A DNA stretch of 64,000 nt from an uncultured Desulfobacterales bacterium (GTDB lineage: Bacteria; Desulfobacterota; DSM-4660; Desulfatiglandales; HGW-15): the NCBI GenBank assembly GCA_964450535.1, contig CAYVDE010000002.1:17862-81861 (forward strand), read 5' to 3'. The position numbers and the translations under genes were made by a program. The first letter of the stretch is position 1, and the number at the start of each line of letters is the position of its first letter. Below, piece after piece: positions 1-9,998 of this stretch. The notes beneath the pieces were generated by a model. It was not told the DNA's origin. It saw nothing but the letters and a program-made list of their open reading frames with translations, and did no database searches.

Positions 1-697
1 CAACGGCCTGTATTCGCCCCCCTGTCTCTGCGTAATAAGCCTCGCGGGTCCTGTCCAGACCGTGGGAGCGGTACATATTATCCAGCCTTTCCAGGGTCAG
101 GTCTTCGGGGTTCAAGCTCCGCAGGGACATCTCATGGGGGCTCAGCACCCGCCCCAGGAGCTCGAGTACTTCCCAGCGCTGCTCCACCGGTACGGAATGG
201 ATGCGGGCCGCTTTACATGGAGGGGCGGCGGCCCCGCCTTTGACCGGGAAATAGAAATAGTCATATAGATTTTGTGTGCTCCCTGCGGCCCTTGCCTTTC
301 CCAGGAACTTGCCGAGATTGGAAAAACGAACATCCGCCCGGCCGTTCTCCGGCCGCCAGTAGAAGATGCCGTGGTCCAGTTCCTCGTTGGTCATCATCCA
401 TTTGATGGCCCGGCCCAGTATCAGCTTCATGCCCCAGGGGTCGGCCAGGCTGGCCATGTGATGAACCATCCATGAGGACTGGTAATAGCGGGTGATGGCC
501 AGGGCGCTCTTGATATGGCCGCCTCTGGTATTGGTAAAGAGTCTGAAGACTTCCTGGCCCGATTGGAGCAGCCTGGCCCAAGTGTTTTCTATGCCAGCTA
601 AATAAGGTTGGAGTTTTAGCTCCTTGGCCTGATACACAAAGCCGGAGTTCCGGTAAAATCGCCACAATTCATCGAAAGATGTTGGCGAAGTGCTCAT
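1..697 (-). CDS. hypothetical protein (C-terminal end lies outside the window)
   Basis: The minus-strand frame is stop-free from the ATG at 697 to base 1 (MSTSPTSFDELWRFYRNSGFVYQAKELKLQPYLAG...). It is probably missing from the ORF track because no stop lies in the window. Composition is globular and non-repetitive. No family recognised by eye. Confidence 0.5.
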   Translation of the reverse strand, partial: MSTSPTSFDELWRFYRNSGFVYQAKELKLQPYLAGIENTWARLLQSGQEVFRLFTNTRGGHIKSALAITRYYQSSWMVHHMASLADPWGMKLILGRAIKWMMTNEELDHGIFYWRPENGRADVRFSNLGKFLGKARAAGSTQNLYDYFYFPVKGGAAAPPCKAARIHSVPVEQRWEVLELLGRVLSPHEMSLRSLNPEDLTLERLDNMYRSHGLDRTREAYYAETGGRIQAV

Positions 698-1129
698 GTT
701 CTCCCAAGGCTGTAACAGGACAGGATCAGGATAGGAACTTGCTTTTTGAGTAGAAGGATAGCGGAACACATCTTCGGGTGTCAACGAGAAACGCATAACC
801 ATATGTAACGGTCAGGAAAAAGCTCGTTAGGGTCAGCGTTATGGACACGGAGGAAGTTCAAGTCGTTTGATGGAGTATTTCGAGGAGCAGGGATGAAAAG
901 GGCTTGATCGGGCAGTACTTCACCTATGCCGGGCTGAGGAGCACTTCCCGGGCTACGCCGACCAGTCGATGGGGAAGCTCGGCTCTATCGAAACCGCTTC
1001 CCAAGTCCAAGCGCAATACAGTGTCGTTCTGCAATACTGGCGATCTAAGACACGACTGTATGTAGATGATACGATAATTATACTTTTTTAATAGTCAAAC
1101 GCAAATACAATGAAAGGAGATATAAATTC

Positions 1130-1906
1130 ATGGAGATTGGAAAACAAATCATTGAAATAGCAATTAAAAGTGGAGCTAATTTCGCAGGTATTGCAAATTT
1201 AAAAGAACTCAGGACTTCTTCTTCCCATTTGATATACAACCAATTGGACAATTATTCAGGGGTTGGAACCATAAAAGATGATGATACGCTCACGGAAAAC
1301 CAGCTCTTCAACTGGCCGGAGACCGCAAGGTCTTTGCTCGTGATCGGTTTGTCACACCCGCGAGACCTGCCAAAACTCGATTGGTGGGATGGCAAGGGGA
1401 CCCCCGGCAATCGCCTTCTAATTGATATCATTAGGCATACTCAAAAGCAAATTGAAAGCAATTTGAGGATAAACACCCAAAAACTTCACTATTATGTCGA
1501 AAAAGGAGGTGTGTTTCTCAAGGATGCCGCAGTACTGGCCGGGTTGGGATGTATTGGGAAAAACAATATGCTGGTGACCAGAGACTACGGGCCACGAGTT
1601 CGACTGAGAGCCCTCTTCCTTGATGAAGAAATCGATCCCACCGGACCTGTCGAGTTTGATCCCTGTGCAGACTGCAAAGCTCCCTGCAGAAGGGTTTGCC
1701 CGGAAAAAGCCATGGTTGAGAAGGTGATCTCGTTTGAATCCATCGAAGATTCTCTGGATTTACCTGCAAGGGATGGTGCCTATGACAGAAAACTCTGCAA
1801 TATACGAATGGAAAAAGACATTTACGAGAGCAATGAATATGCCGACGGACAAGCCCCGGTCAAATACTGCCGAAAGTGTGAGTTTGTCTGTCCGGTAGGG
1901 AAATAG
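1130..1906 (+). CDS. epoxyqueuosine reductase (QueG)-like 4Fe-4S protein
   Basis: 258-aa ORF with a GGVFLKDAAVLAGLGCIGKNNMLVT core typical of the QueG family. Two Cys clusters (CADCKAPCRRVCP, CRKCEFVCP). AGGAG RBS about 9 nt upstream. Clearly more AT-rich than its neighbours. Confidence 0.6.
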   Translation: MEIGKQIIEIAIKSGANFAGIANLKELRTSSSHLIYNQLDNYSGVGTIKDDDTLTENQLFNWPETARSLLVIGLSHPRDLPKLDWWDGKGTPGNRLLIDIIRHTQKQIESNLRINTQKLHYYVEKGGVFLKDAAVLAGLGCIGKNNMLVTRDYGPRVRLRALFLDEEIDPTGPVEFDPCADCKAPCRRVCPEKAMVEKVISFESIEDSLDLPARDGAYDRKLCNIRMEKDIYESNEYADGQAPVKYCRKCEFVCPVGK

Positions 1907-2219
1907 CGCTATTTCAGAAATTGTATTTTTCAGTCTATTTTCTGGTACATGAAGAAGCGTGCAATTGCCGTGTATACATGCGTTCACGGCGAAACCTCCC
2001 TGAAATGCGTTTTGGTTGGACGGGGCTCCAGGCCGTGAACACTGTTCATTTTCTGCGGCTTCCGTGATATGGTCAGGACTGTTCTGAAAAAAGAAATCGT
2101 CTTCGCTCCGGCGACCTGAGTGCAGATTCGGGGTTGATACTGGACTCGGGCTGGTGGCAGGTATTGTTTTAGTAGCACTGGCTTGAAGAGAAAAGGCAAT
2201 TATTGCTGAGCGGCATAAT

Positions 2220-3101
2220 ATGTATCGCAACTTCAAAGAAATAGTATGCAGGGCAAAGACCCTCGGCCCCCGCAAGGTGGCGGTGGTCTTTCCTGACGAG
2301 CCGGATGTGATGCGTGCTGTCAGGGACGGAATTCAGGAGGGTTTGATAGCACCTGTCCTGATCGGCGACCGGGGCCGGATCGAGTCCGTGGCCCGTGCGG
2401 CCGGGTTCCCCATCGAGCATGTGGAAATCATTCATGAACAGGACCCGCAAAAGGCTGCTGATATCAGCGTGGACATGGTGAAGAGAAAAGAGGCCGCTTT
2501 CGTGGTCAAGGGAAATATTCTCACCACCTTTCTCTACAAGGCCCTGATCCGCAACACCCGGGAGTCGGACCCTCAAAACGGACCCTGCACGCTGTGTTTT
2601 CATGAGGCCCCTGGCCTGGACAAGATTTTTCTCATAACCGATCCCGGGGTGAACATCCTGCCCGGGAGGGGGGAAAAGGAGAAGATCCTGTTAAACGCCC
2701 TCTCCTGCTTTCGCAGGGTGGGAAGCTCCAGGCCCTCGGTCATGATACTGGCCGCAGAACGTGTGGACGGGTCGGACTCTCCTGCAATGCGGGATGCAGC
2801 GGCCATACGGAGGTCCGCGGAGCAGGGGAGGCTTGGACATTGTGAGATTCTGCCCGATCACAACCTGCCCATACGAATTCCTGAGGGGGAGTCGTTCACT
2901 TTCCCTGACATCTTTCTGGTCCCCAACATCGAGACCGGAAACCTGCTGGTGAAGAGCATTGATCATCTCCTCTCAGGGATCCGGCAGTGCGCCACCGTGG
3001 GGGAAGGGATCCTTTTGACCCCGTCGCGATCGGACGGGTATGAGGAACGGATGACCAATCTGGCGCTTGGTCTGGTCCTGTCGGCAAAGGAGGGTGAATA
3101 A
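2220..3101 (+). CDS. ptb: phosphate butyryltransferase / phosphate acyltransferase family
   Basis: 293 aa. N-terminus ...KVAVVFPDEPDVMRAVRDGIQEGLIAPVLIGD... and overall layout match the phosphate acetyl/butyryltransferase family. First gene of a ptb-ptb-buk run. Confidence 0.8.
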   Translation: MYRNFKEIVCRAKTLGPRKVAVVFPDEPDVMRAVRDGIQEGLIAPVLIGDRGRIESVARAAGFPIEHVEIIHEQDPQKAADISVDMVKRKEAAFVVKGNILTTFLYKALIRNTRESDPQNGPCTLCFHEAPGLDKIFLITDPGVNILPGRGEKEKILLNALSCFRRVGSSRPSVMILAAERVDGSDSPAMRDAAAIRRSAEQGRLGHCEILPDHNLPIRIPEGESFTFPDIFLVPNIETGNLLVKSIDHLLSGIRQCATVGEGILLTPSRSDGYEERMTNLALGLVLSAKEGE

Positions 3102-3102
3102 T

Positions 3103-3975
3103 ATGGAGGCCCCCTTCCACACTCTCATTCAGGCTGCAGGCATGCAGGCCCGGGGTCGAAAACTGTTCGTGTCGGGCCGTTATGATGCGGCCGCTCTGGA
3201 TGGTGTGCTGCGGGCCCGGGATCAGGGATGGGTCACCCCCGTTGCCTGTGGTGGTGCTTTCAGGGACATCTCCGGGGAAATGGAGGTGGTTTGTCCGGAG
3301 GCTGATATCCAAGCTGCCAGGCAGGAGGCCTTTGGGCTGGCCCATGCCCGGAAATCCGCCCTGGTCCTGGATACGGGACCCCTGGATCCCGGGTTTTTCT
3401 CCTCCCTGACCCGCACACTCCAGGCACACTCCAGTAAGGAGAGACTCAGCTATGTCAGTATACTTCATGCCCCCAAAGACGGCCGGCTGACCCTGCTGAC
3501 CGATCCGCTGGTGAACCATACGTCCGATATCCGGGACAAAATCGCGGTCACTGAAAACGCCATACGGGCGGCAAAGGCCCTGGGCATCGAAGGGCCCAAG
3601 ATAGCAGTGCTCTCAGCGCTCGAACTTGTCAACCCGGCGATCCCTTCCACAATTGAAGCGGCCGTTCTTTCCAAGATGTCCAATCGGGGCCAGTTCGGAG
3701 ATGCCATCATCGAAGGCCCCCTGGCCATGGATAACGCCGAATCCGCATCAGCAGCAGGGCACAAAGGGATTCACAGCCCTGTTCCCGGTGATGTGGACAT
3801 ATACCTGTTCCCGGATCTGGAATCCGCTCAAACTACTGCCCGGTTCCTGAGCTTACTGGGGCGATCGCCATTGGCGGGGGTGTTGATGGGGACACCTTGT
3901 CCGGTGGTGATCCGTTCCCCACTTGAACCCCCTGAATCGTGGATGCCCAATATGGCTGCGGCCCTGTTGCTTTGA
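3103..3975 (+). CDS. second phosphate acetyl/butyryltransferase family paralogue
   Basis: ATG at 3103 lies 2 nt after the ptb stop and follows an AAGGAGGG RBS. IEGPLAMDNAES and PGDVDIYLFPDLESA segments are typical of the family. The longer track ORF from 3067 overlaps ptb and is unlikely to be the true start. Confidence 0.7.
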   Translation: MEAPFHTLIQAAGMQARGRKLFVSGRYDAAALDGVLRARDQGWVTPVACGGAFRDISGEMEVVCPEADIQAARQEAFGLAHARKSALVLDTGPLDPGFFSSLTRTLQAHSSKERLSYVSILHAPKDGRLTLLTDPLVNHTSDIRDKIAVTENAIRAAKALGIEGPKIAVLSALELVNPAIPSTIEAAVLSKMSNRGQFGDAIIEGPLAMDNAESASAAGHKGIHSPVPGDVDIYLFPDLESAQTTARFLSLLGRSPLAGVLMGTPCPVVIRSPLEPPESWMPNMAAALLL

Positions 3976-4023
3976 TCCCGTACGAATTCCCGGACACGCA
4001 TCTCCATTGATCGGTCATAAGCC

Positions 4024-5103
4024 ATGGACAAGATTCTGGTCATCAACATAGGGTCAACATCCAGCAAGGTGGGCCTCTTTCAAGGCCGGGGCGCGGTGTT
4101 CAAGGAGACCGTGGGGCATGCACCGGATGCCCTCTCAGGTCTCCACGGGCACGGGGATTGGCTGCGGTTCCACCAGACGTGCGTGGATCAGGTGCTTGAA
4201 GCCCACACGCATGAACTTGACGGCCTGGCCCTGGTGGTCAGCCGGGGCGGCCTGACCCGACCCGTTTCCGGTGGTGCTTACACGATCGATGAGCACATGC
4301 TGCTGGACCTCTCTTCCGGTGAATTCGGATGGCACCCCTGCAATCTTGGTCCGGCCATTGCTTTCAACATCGCAGCGCAAAAGGGCGTGAAGGCCGTGGT
4401 CTATGACACACCGGTGACCGATGAACTGGAGCCCCTGGCCAGGTTTTCCGGGCTGAAGGGCATGGACAGGGAGGCGGCATTCCATGTCTTGAATCACAAA
4501 TCCGCGGCCAGGAAAGCAGCCCGTAACCTGGGCCTGGCCTATGAAGGCGGTGGTTTTGTGGTGGCCCACCTGGGCGGGGGCATCACTGTCTGCGCCCACA
4601 GGGACGGCAAGATCATTGACGGTACCCACGGGCTAAGTGAAGGACCATTCACCCCGCAACGCACCGGATCACTCCCCATTGAGAAGATTGTCAATCTCTG
4701 TTTTTCCCGGAGGTACAATAAAGACGAAGTGCTGGGCCTGCTGTTGCGTCAGGGAGGGGTCCGCTCTTATCTGGGCACCCATGATATTGAAGCAGTGGAA
4801 AGACTCGTTGACCAAGGGGATCAAGAGGCCCGTCTTGTGCTGGAGGCCATGGCGTACCAGATTTCAAAGGAGATCGGAGCCATGGCATCCGTGTTGATGG
4901 GGCACGTGGATGCCGTGGTGTTGACCGGGGAGTTGTGCCGCGCCTCAACCGTTGTGAAGGCTGTGAGGGAGCGGGTCGCTTTTCTGGCAGAGGTCCTGAT
5001 TTATCCGGGCGAAGATGAACTGGAAAACCTCGCATCCGGCGGATTCAGAGTCCTTTCCCTGGAAGAGCCTGTAAAGGTCTATGGCATAAGAGCCGGGGAT
5101 TGA
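4024..5103 (+). CDS. buk: butyrate kinase
   Basis: 359 aa. N-terminal MDKILVINIGSTSSKVGLF (ASKHA phosphate-1 motif). Length and operon context with ptb fit butyrate kinase. Confidence 0.85.
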   Translation: MDKILVINIGSTSSKVGLFQGRGAVFKETVGHAPDALSGLHGHGDWLRFHQTCVDQVLEAHTHELDGLALVVSRGGLTRPVSGGAYTIDEHMLLDLSSGEFGWHPCNLGPAIAFNIAAQKGVKAVVYDTPVTDELEPLARFSGLKGMDREAAFHVLNHKSAARKAARNLGLAYEGGGFVVAHLGGGITVCAHRDGKIIDGTHGLSEGPFTPQRTGSLPIEKIVNLCFSRRYNKDEVLGLLLRQGGVRSYLGTHDIEAVERLVDQGDQEARLVLEAMAYQISKEIGAMASVLMGHVDAVVLTGELCRASTVVKAVRERVAFLAEVLIYPGEDELENLASGGFRVLSLEEPVKVYGIRAGD

Positions 5104-5253
5104 TCTTTTCAGGCTGCTCCCTTTCCTCCAAACCATGGACCCCGCGGTCTTCCTTCACACAGCGGTAGACATCAAGCTTTTCGTGTACAAGTATCATTTT
5201 ATTCTCTATGGACGGACGCGAATGTCGGCTTCAAATCCGCTCTGGTATTCACC

Positions 5254-5751
5254 ATGCATCCCACATCTCGGTTGACCCAAATACTTGGCCTCGTCGGCTG
5301 GCTTTTATTAACTTTTTCCGCGGGTGCTGTCGGCGGTATTGCGTCGATCGATGCCGGGGCTTTCTACAGGGATCTTGTTCGCCCGGAATGGGCGCCGCCT
5401 GCCTGGGTGTTCGGCCCGGTATGGTCCGTTCTTTATGCCGTCATTGGTGTCGCGGCTTGGCTGGTATGGCGTGCACGAGGTTTCCGGGCCGGGACCTTCC
5501 CACTTATCCTGTTCATAGTCCAACTGGCTCCAAATGCCTTGTGGACATGGCTGTTCTTCGCCTGGCGGCGGGGAGGGCTGGCCCTCGCAGATATCCTGAT
5601 CCTTTGGGTCCTCATCCTCAGCACTGTCATCTGCTTCTGGCGCATCCGGCCGATCGCCGGCCTGCTGCTGGTCCCTTATCTCTTATGGGTCGGTTATGCC
5701 TGCGCGCTCAACTTCTCCTTGTGGAAGCTTAATCCCTTGTTGTTGATATAA
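5254..5751 (+). CDS. tspO: TspO/MBR family tryptophan-rich sensory protein
   Basis: 165 aa with five hydrophobic helices. Trp-rich motifs (RPEWAPPAWVFGPVWSVLY, NALWTWLFF, PYLLWVGYA) are characteristic of TspO. Confidence 0.85.
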   Translation: MHPTSRLTQILGLVGWLLLTFSAGAVGGIASIDAGAFYRDLVRPEWAPPAWVFGPVWSVLYAVIGVAAWLVWRARGFRAGTFPLILFIVQLAPNALWTWLFFAWRRGGLALADILILWVLILSTVICFWRIRPIAGLLLVPYLLWVGYACALNFSLWKLNPLLLI

Positions 5752-5829
5752 TCTGCTTTTTTCCTAGGTTTACCCATCGGCGAAAGGGTAGAGGAAGGAA
5801 CTTTTTCAATGCCGGGTAAAAGGGAATAA

Positions 5830-7074
5830 CTAAACGGAGGTCTGGGATATTTTAGGGATCGCAGGTCTAAGAAATAAGGCAATCAAGAAGCTGGTGAAAG
5901 ATAATACGACTAAAAAAAGGAAAATCAGATGGTAACTAAGAGTAATATCGAAGACAAGACCTGCCAGTACAGGGCCGACGGCCCCGCCCACGGTTCCGGA
6001 AAAGGCAACTATGCCGAAAAAGGCCCCATGTGAGCGAAGGCCGAATAACTCGGCTACAATGGGCGAAATCACGGTAAAGATCCCGCCGTGGGCAATGCCG
6101 TAGATTGCAGCAAAAAAATACAGCATCCAGATTCCTCGAGCTATACACAGCCAGAGGAAGCTGAGGATCAGGAGAACCAGGCATGCCATAAGGCATTTCT
6201 TGGTGCCGATCCTGTCGATGGCAATGCCCACAGACAGCCGGCCGAGCATGCTCACCCCTCCGATGGTGGATAAGATCCCTGCCGCCTTAATTGTCGCGAT
6301 TCCGATGTCGGTGGCGTGCGGAACAATGTGTACCAGGATGGTGAGCATACAGGAGACGGCCAGGAGATTGATAGTGCAAAGCATCCAGAACTGCCCGTTG
6401 CGGAGGGCTTCCTGAAGCGAGAGGCCGTTTTCGGAGCTGCGGCGCGGCCTTGTCGCCGGTTCCGTTCGGCCATTGGAAGGCTGTATCATTTGACCCGGAT
6501 CACGGCGAAGCAACTGACCCGAGCCGATAATGAAGACGAGCACAATAATTCCGACAACGATATAGGCGTAGCGCCAGCCCAATTGGGTTATGAACAGTCC
6601 GGCTATGAGGGGCATCAACAACTGGCCGGCGCCGGTTCCCACTTTGACCAGCCCGGTCATGAGGCCCCGGCGCAGATGAAACCACCGGGCCGTGGTGGTC
6701 AAGGGGATGACGTCGATGCCGCTTAAACCGATACCCGCCACCAGACCGTAAAAGATGTACAGTTGCCAGACGGCGTTGAGCTGGGAGAGCAGCAGGTAGC
6801 TGCAACCCAAGAAAAGGCCGGTAACCGTCATAATTACTCGCGGGCCGAATTTGTCATTCAAGTTTCCCGCCAGGATACCCAGAAAACCCATAAGGAGAAA
6901 TGCCATTGATGAGGCACCGGAAATCGTGGTCCGGGACCACCCGAACTCGGCCAGTAATGATTTGAAAAACACACCGTAAGCAATAAAACTGCCGACTCCT
7001 ATGCCTTGAACCAGAAAACAGGCCAGGATGATGATGTAACCGTAAGAAAATCTGAATTTTTTCTGTCTGGTCAT
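5830..7074 (-). CDS. MFS transporter
   Basis: 414 aa with about 12 predicted TM helices split by a central hydrophilic loop. G-x-L-x-D-K/R-F-G-P-R motif (AGNLNDKFGPR) after TM2. Confidence 0.8.
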   Translation of the reverse strand: MTRQKKFRFSYGYIIILACFLVQGIGVGSFIAYGVFFKSLLAEFGWSRTTISGASSMAFLLMGFLGILAGNLNDKFGPRVIMTVTGLFLGCSYLLLSQLNAVWQLYIFYGLVAGIGLSGIDVIPLTTTARWFHLRRGLMTGLVKVGTGAGQLLMPLIAGLFITQLGWRYAYIVVGIIVLVFIIGSGQLLRRDPGQMIQPSNGRTEPATRPRRSSENGLSLQEALRNGQFWMLCTINLLAVSCMLTILVHIVPHATDIGIATIKAAGILSTIGGVSMLGRLSVGIAIDRIGTKKCLMACLVLLILSFLWLCIARGIWMLYFFAAIYGIAHGGIFTVISPIVAELFGLRSHGAFFGIVAFSGTVGGAVGPVLAGLVFDITLSYHLIFLFLVVLSFTSFLIALFLRPAIPKISQTSV

Positions 7075-7348
7075 CTTTTAACTGTACCAGGGACGGTCCC
7101 TACCGTAAACAGAATTGATTGTCCAAATGACAACTGAATAATTGACCGGCCCCTGACTTGGTTAAGGCGCTTCCTGTGCACCCGTGGGAGAGCCCCCGTC
7201 ACCCCGGCAGGCACCCAAAAAGGTGATGAGCCCCAATTCACCCGGCGTATTGTGCGGCAGGCGGGAGGAGGCTTTCCGGTTGACACCCAGCCTTGTGGGT
7301 ACGTATCCTAGACTGCAAAGTTGCGCCGCGTTCCGGACGAGGGGTGAA

Positions 7349-8368
7349 ATGCCTCGACTCACACGTCATAAAGCCTTCTATCCTCTGCTCGTAATATGCT
7401 TTCTGTTTCTTATGGTGCACCCATTACATGCGCAGGAGAATTCCTCTTCCGGCCAAGGCGCCTATTACAGCCTGAGCATAGAAAATGATCTTTTTGCCAA
7501 CCGGGATAAGCGCTATACAAGCGGGGTTCGAATCTCATCCCTTTGGGCCGAGGAAAGACTCCCCGGTATATTACGGCGCAACCTGGGTTGGATCCCGTTT
7601 TTCCCTGAGCATGGTAAAAAGCGCTTCGGCTTTCAGGTGGGCCAGAGCATGTTCACTTCCGACGATATTTCCCAGAGAGATCCGCCTCGAGACGAGCGCC
7701 CCTATGCCGGCTGGCTGTATGCAACCATGGAGGTCAGCTCGGACACGGACTACAGACTGGATCAATTTCAGATAACCCTGGGCATTGTAGGTCCGCATTC
7801 TATGGCTGAACAAACCCAGAAAACCGTTCACAATATTATCGGCTCACCCAAGCCCATGGGGTGGCAGGCTCAGCTCAAGACTGAGCCCGGCCTGAATCTT
7901 TCCTATCAGCGCAAATGGAAGGCGCAGAAAGAAATTATCAGACTGGCCGGGCTGGGTGTTGATTTCTCTCCCTATGTCGGCGGGTCGGTGGGCAATATAT
8001 TTACCCATCTAGCCGCAGGCGGCATATTCAGAGTGGGATTCGATTTGCCGAGAGATTATGGGCCGCCTTTGATCGGCCCAAGCATGGCCGGCAGTAATTT
8101 TTTTGTGCCCACCAATAATTTCGGATGGTATCTGTTTGTCGGCTTTGAGGGCAGGGCAATCGGCAGGAATATTTTTCTGGACGGCAATAGTTTCAGAAGC
8201 AGCCGCAGTGTGGGTAAGAAATACTTCGTGGGCGATATTATGGCCGGAGCGGTTATTACATTCAAGAAGATCCGCCTGGCCTACACCCATGTACAGAGAA
8301 CAAAGGAGTTCAGAGGGCAGGACGGCAAGGACCATTACGGTGCCGTCACTTTGACGGTCAGGTTTTGA
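7349..8368 (+). CDS. lipid A deacylase LpxR-family (DUF2219) outer membrane protein
   Basis: ATG at 7349 gives a signal peptide (MPRLTRHKAFYPLLVICFLFLMVHPLHAQ). YYSLSIENDLFANRDKRYTSGVRIS matches the family N-terminus. The C-terminal aromatic residue (...VTLTVRF) is typical of beta-barrels. Confidence 0.65.
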   Translation: MPRLTRHKAFYPLLVICFLFLMVHPLHAQENSSSGQGAYYSLSIENDLFANRDKRYTSGVRISSLWAEERLPGILRRNLGWIPFFPEHGKKRFGFQVGQSMFTSDDISQRDPPRDERPYAGWLYATMEVSSDTDYRLDQFQITLGIVGPHSMAEQTQKTVHNIIGSPKPMGWQAQLKTEPGLNLSYQRKWKAQKEIIRLAGLGVDFSPYVGGSVGNIFTHLAAGGIFRVGFDLPRDYGPPLIGPSMAGSNFFVPTNNFGWYLFVGFEGRAIGRNIFLDGNSFRSSRSVGKKYFVGDIMAGAVITFKKIRLAYTHVQRTKEFRGQDGKDHYGAVTLTVRF

Positions 8369-8447
8369 AGATATTTTAGTCCGATCGAGCTTTCATGCGG
8401 TTGCAGACAAGATACCACGGCTTCAGCCGGGGGAATCTATCAGACGG

Positions 8448-8801
8448 TTAGTTGGCACTTAATTCCTCCATAAGCCACCTGCGGACATCCTCGGTAAGGC
8501 CCCAGACCCCTTTATTGTGGCTGATTGATTTGAGAAAACGTTCTCTCACCATGTCCGGCAGTTCTATATGGGCCAACTCATCAGCACCTTCCGTGTCCCG
8601 GCGGATGAAAAGCACCTTTGGAGGATCCTCCCAACTCGTAATAACGAAGTAATGGGAGACGTCATTCTTGGATTTGATCATCCGGCCGTGCGACCAGTTA
8701 TTACCCCACTCCAGGTAGAGTACAATGGCCTCCTCGGGGGTCATATGCCAGTCGATGGCGTCTATCAGGTTCCTGTCTTTCCTTATTTCTTGCAATTCCA
8801 T
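8448..8801 (-). CDS. hypothetical protein
   Basis: 117-aa ORF of ordinary composition with a GGAGG-like RBS upstream. No family recognised. Confidence 0.45.
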   Translation of the reverse strand: MELQEIRKDRNLIDAIDWHMTPEEAIVLYLEWGNNWSHGRMIKSKNDVSHYFVITSWEDPPKVLFIRRDTEGADELAHIELPDMVRERFLKSISHNKGVWGLTEDVRRWLMEELSAN

Positions 8802-9102
8802 GGTCAGGCGCCTCCAACCGGAAAAAATCAGAATATATGCTCAAATTACGTATAGTTTTCAAGATGTTCCACAAGGAATCGGCCTTAGGCCTTCAATCAA
8901 GTCCTTGTAAACCTATTTGTTTTGTAGAGCCTGATTTTTGGTTTTGGTTTCCAAAACCGTTTCTTTCGCCTTGATTGCCCGTACCGGGTGTAGCATGATA
9001 GGCCCCCAAATTGCTCCGGCCGTCTGCCGGCGGGACTTCCTCGTGCCGCAGGGACATTGAGATCAGATGCAGCCGGTTCTTTTCAGCTTACAAGGAGGAA
9101 CT

Positions 9103-9408
9103 ATGGCAAGGAAGCGGATTCCGGACAAGATAAGACAAAAAGTAATCCGAGACTACGAAGCCGGGAAGCCAAAGGCCAGGATTGCCGATGCATACGGCAT
9201 CAGCACGACCAGCGTGACCCGCATAGTCAAGGAGGAAGGGCCTAAGGGTATGGAGCCCGGCTCGAGCGTGAAGCAACCCCCTTCCAAGGAAGCCCCGTCC
9301 CCGGAAATGCAGCAGAAGATATCAGAGACCGAACGGAGGATCAGCGAATTGGAGAAGAAGATCCTCTACTACGAATCCAAGAAAAGAGGTGGGGGGACTC
9401 GGGCGTGA
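9103..9408 (+). CDS. small helix-turn-helix protein with coiled-coil tail
   Basis: ATG at 9103 follows a strong AAGGAGG RBS. IRQKVIRDYEAGKPKARIADAYGISTTSVTRIVKE is a resolvase/transposase-type HTH. The C-terminus is charged and heptad-like. Confidence 0.5.
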   Translation: MARKRIPDKIRQKVIRDYEAGKPKARIADAYGISTTSVTRIVKEEGPKGMEPGSSVKQPPSKEAPSPEMQQKISETERRISELEKKILYYESKKRGGGTRA

Positions 9409-9428
9409 CCAGGCGCCGTGTTTAAAGC

Positions 9429-9836
9429 CTATTTGCAGTCTCCCAGGCGCTTCCCGGTTATAGTGCTTTCAATGGTCATGCCGCCCGCATCGATGACCGT
9501 GGTCATGGACCCTTGGAACGAGGTTCCATGGTACTCGATACGTCCGGTGCTCTCAACGTCTCCTCCCTGACCGCTGCAAATCATCGTCCACGTGACCGTA
9601 TTGCCGGACACCTTCATGTCGATGACCTCGCATTCCTGGCCGGGCTGGGTCCCGGTGGGAACCATGTCGTCCTCTGTCAGGCATTGGGTAATGGTAGAAG
9701 GGGGGATATTCATTCCCTGCATTTGGGACTTGGTGGTGATTTCCCAGAGGCCGGGTTTCATGTTGGGTGAGCCCCCGGCCATGGATATCGCCGGCAGGAG
9801 CAGGAAGATCAGCAAAAAGAAGAGGGCCTTTTTCAT
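9429..9836 (-). CDS. DUF3617-like secreted protein
   Basis: 135 aa. Signal peptide MKKALFFLLIFLLLPAISMA. KPGLWEITT...QCLTEDD...C...MKVSGNTVTWTMIC pattern is typical of DUF3617. Confidence 0.65.
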   Translation of the reverse strand: MKKALFFLLIFLLLPAISMAGGSPNMKPGLWEITTKSQMQGMNIPPSTITQCLTEDDMVPTGTQPGQECEVIDMKVSGNTVTWTMICSGQGGDVESTGRIEYHGTSFQGSMTTVIDAGGMTIESTITGKRLGDCK

Positions 9837-9968
9837 CGCAGTGTTCCTCCCTGATTAGATTATTCGTTGAGCAGGCCGGGCTGCCGGTCCCGTTCATCCT
9901 CTCCGGAAGATGGCAGCCCGCACCGATGATGCTTTGTGCTTAACGGACAATCACCCGGTTTGTCAAGT

Positions 9969-9998
9969 AATAGGGAACGCGATAATAGGGAACGCGAT
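9969..9998. repeat. perfect tandem duplication of a 15-bp unit (AATAGGGAACGCGAT x2) upstream of lexA
   Basis: Read directly from the sequence: 9969-9983 is identical to 9984-9998. It lies about 110 nt upstream of the lexA start. Confidence 0.95.

Noticed and set aside
5208-5732. 174-aa ORF overlapping tspO in another plus-strand frame
   Set aside because: The translation is Cys/Arg/Gly-rich and non-membrane, while the 5254 frame gives a textbook TspO sequence.
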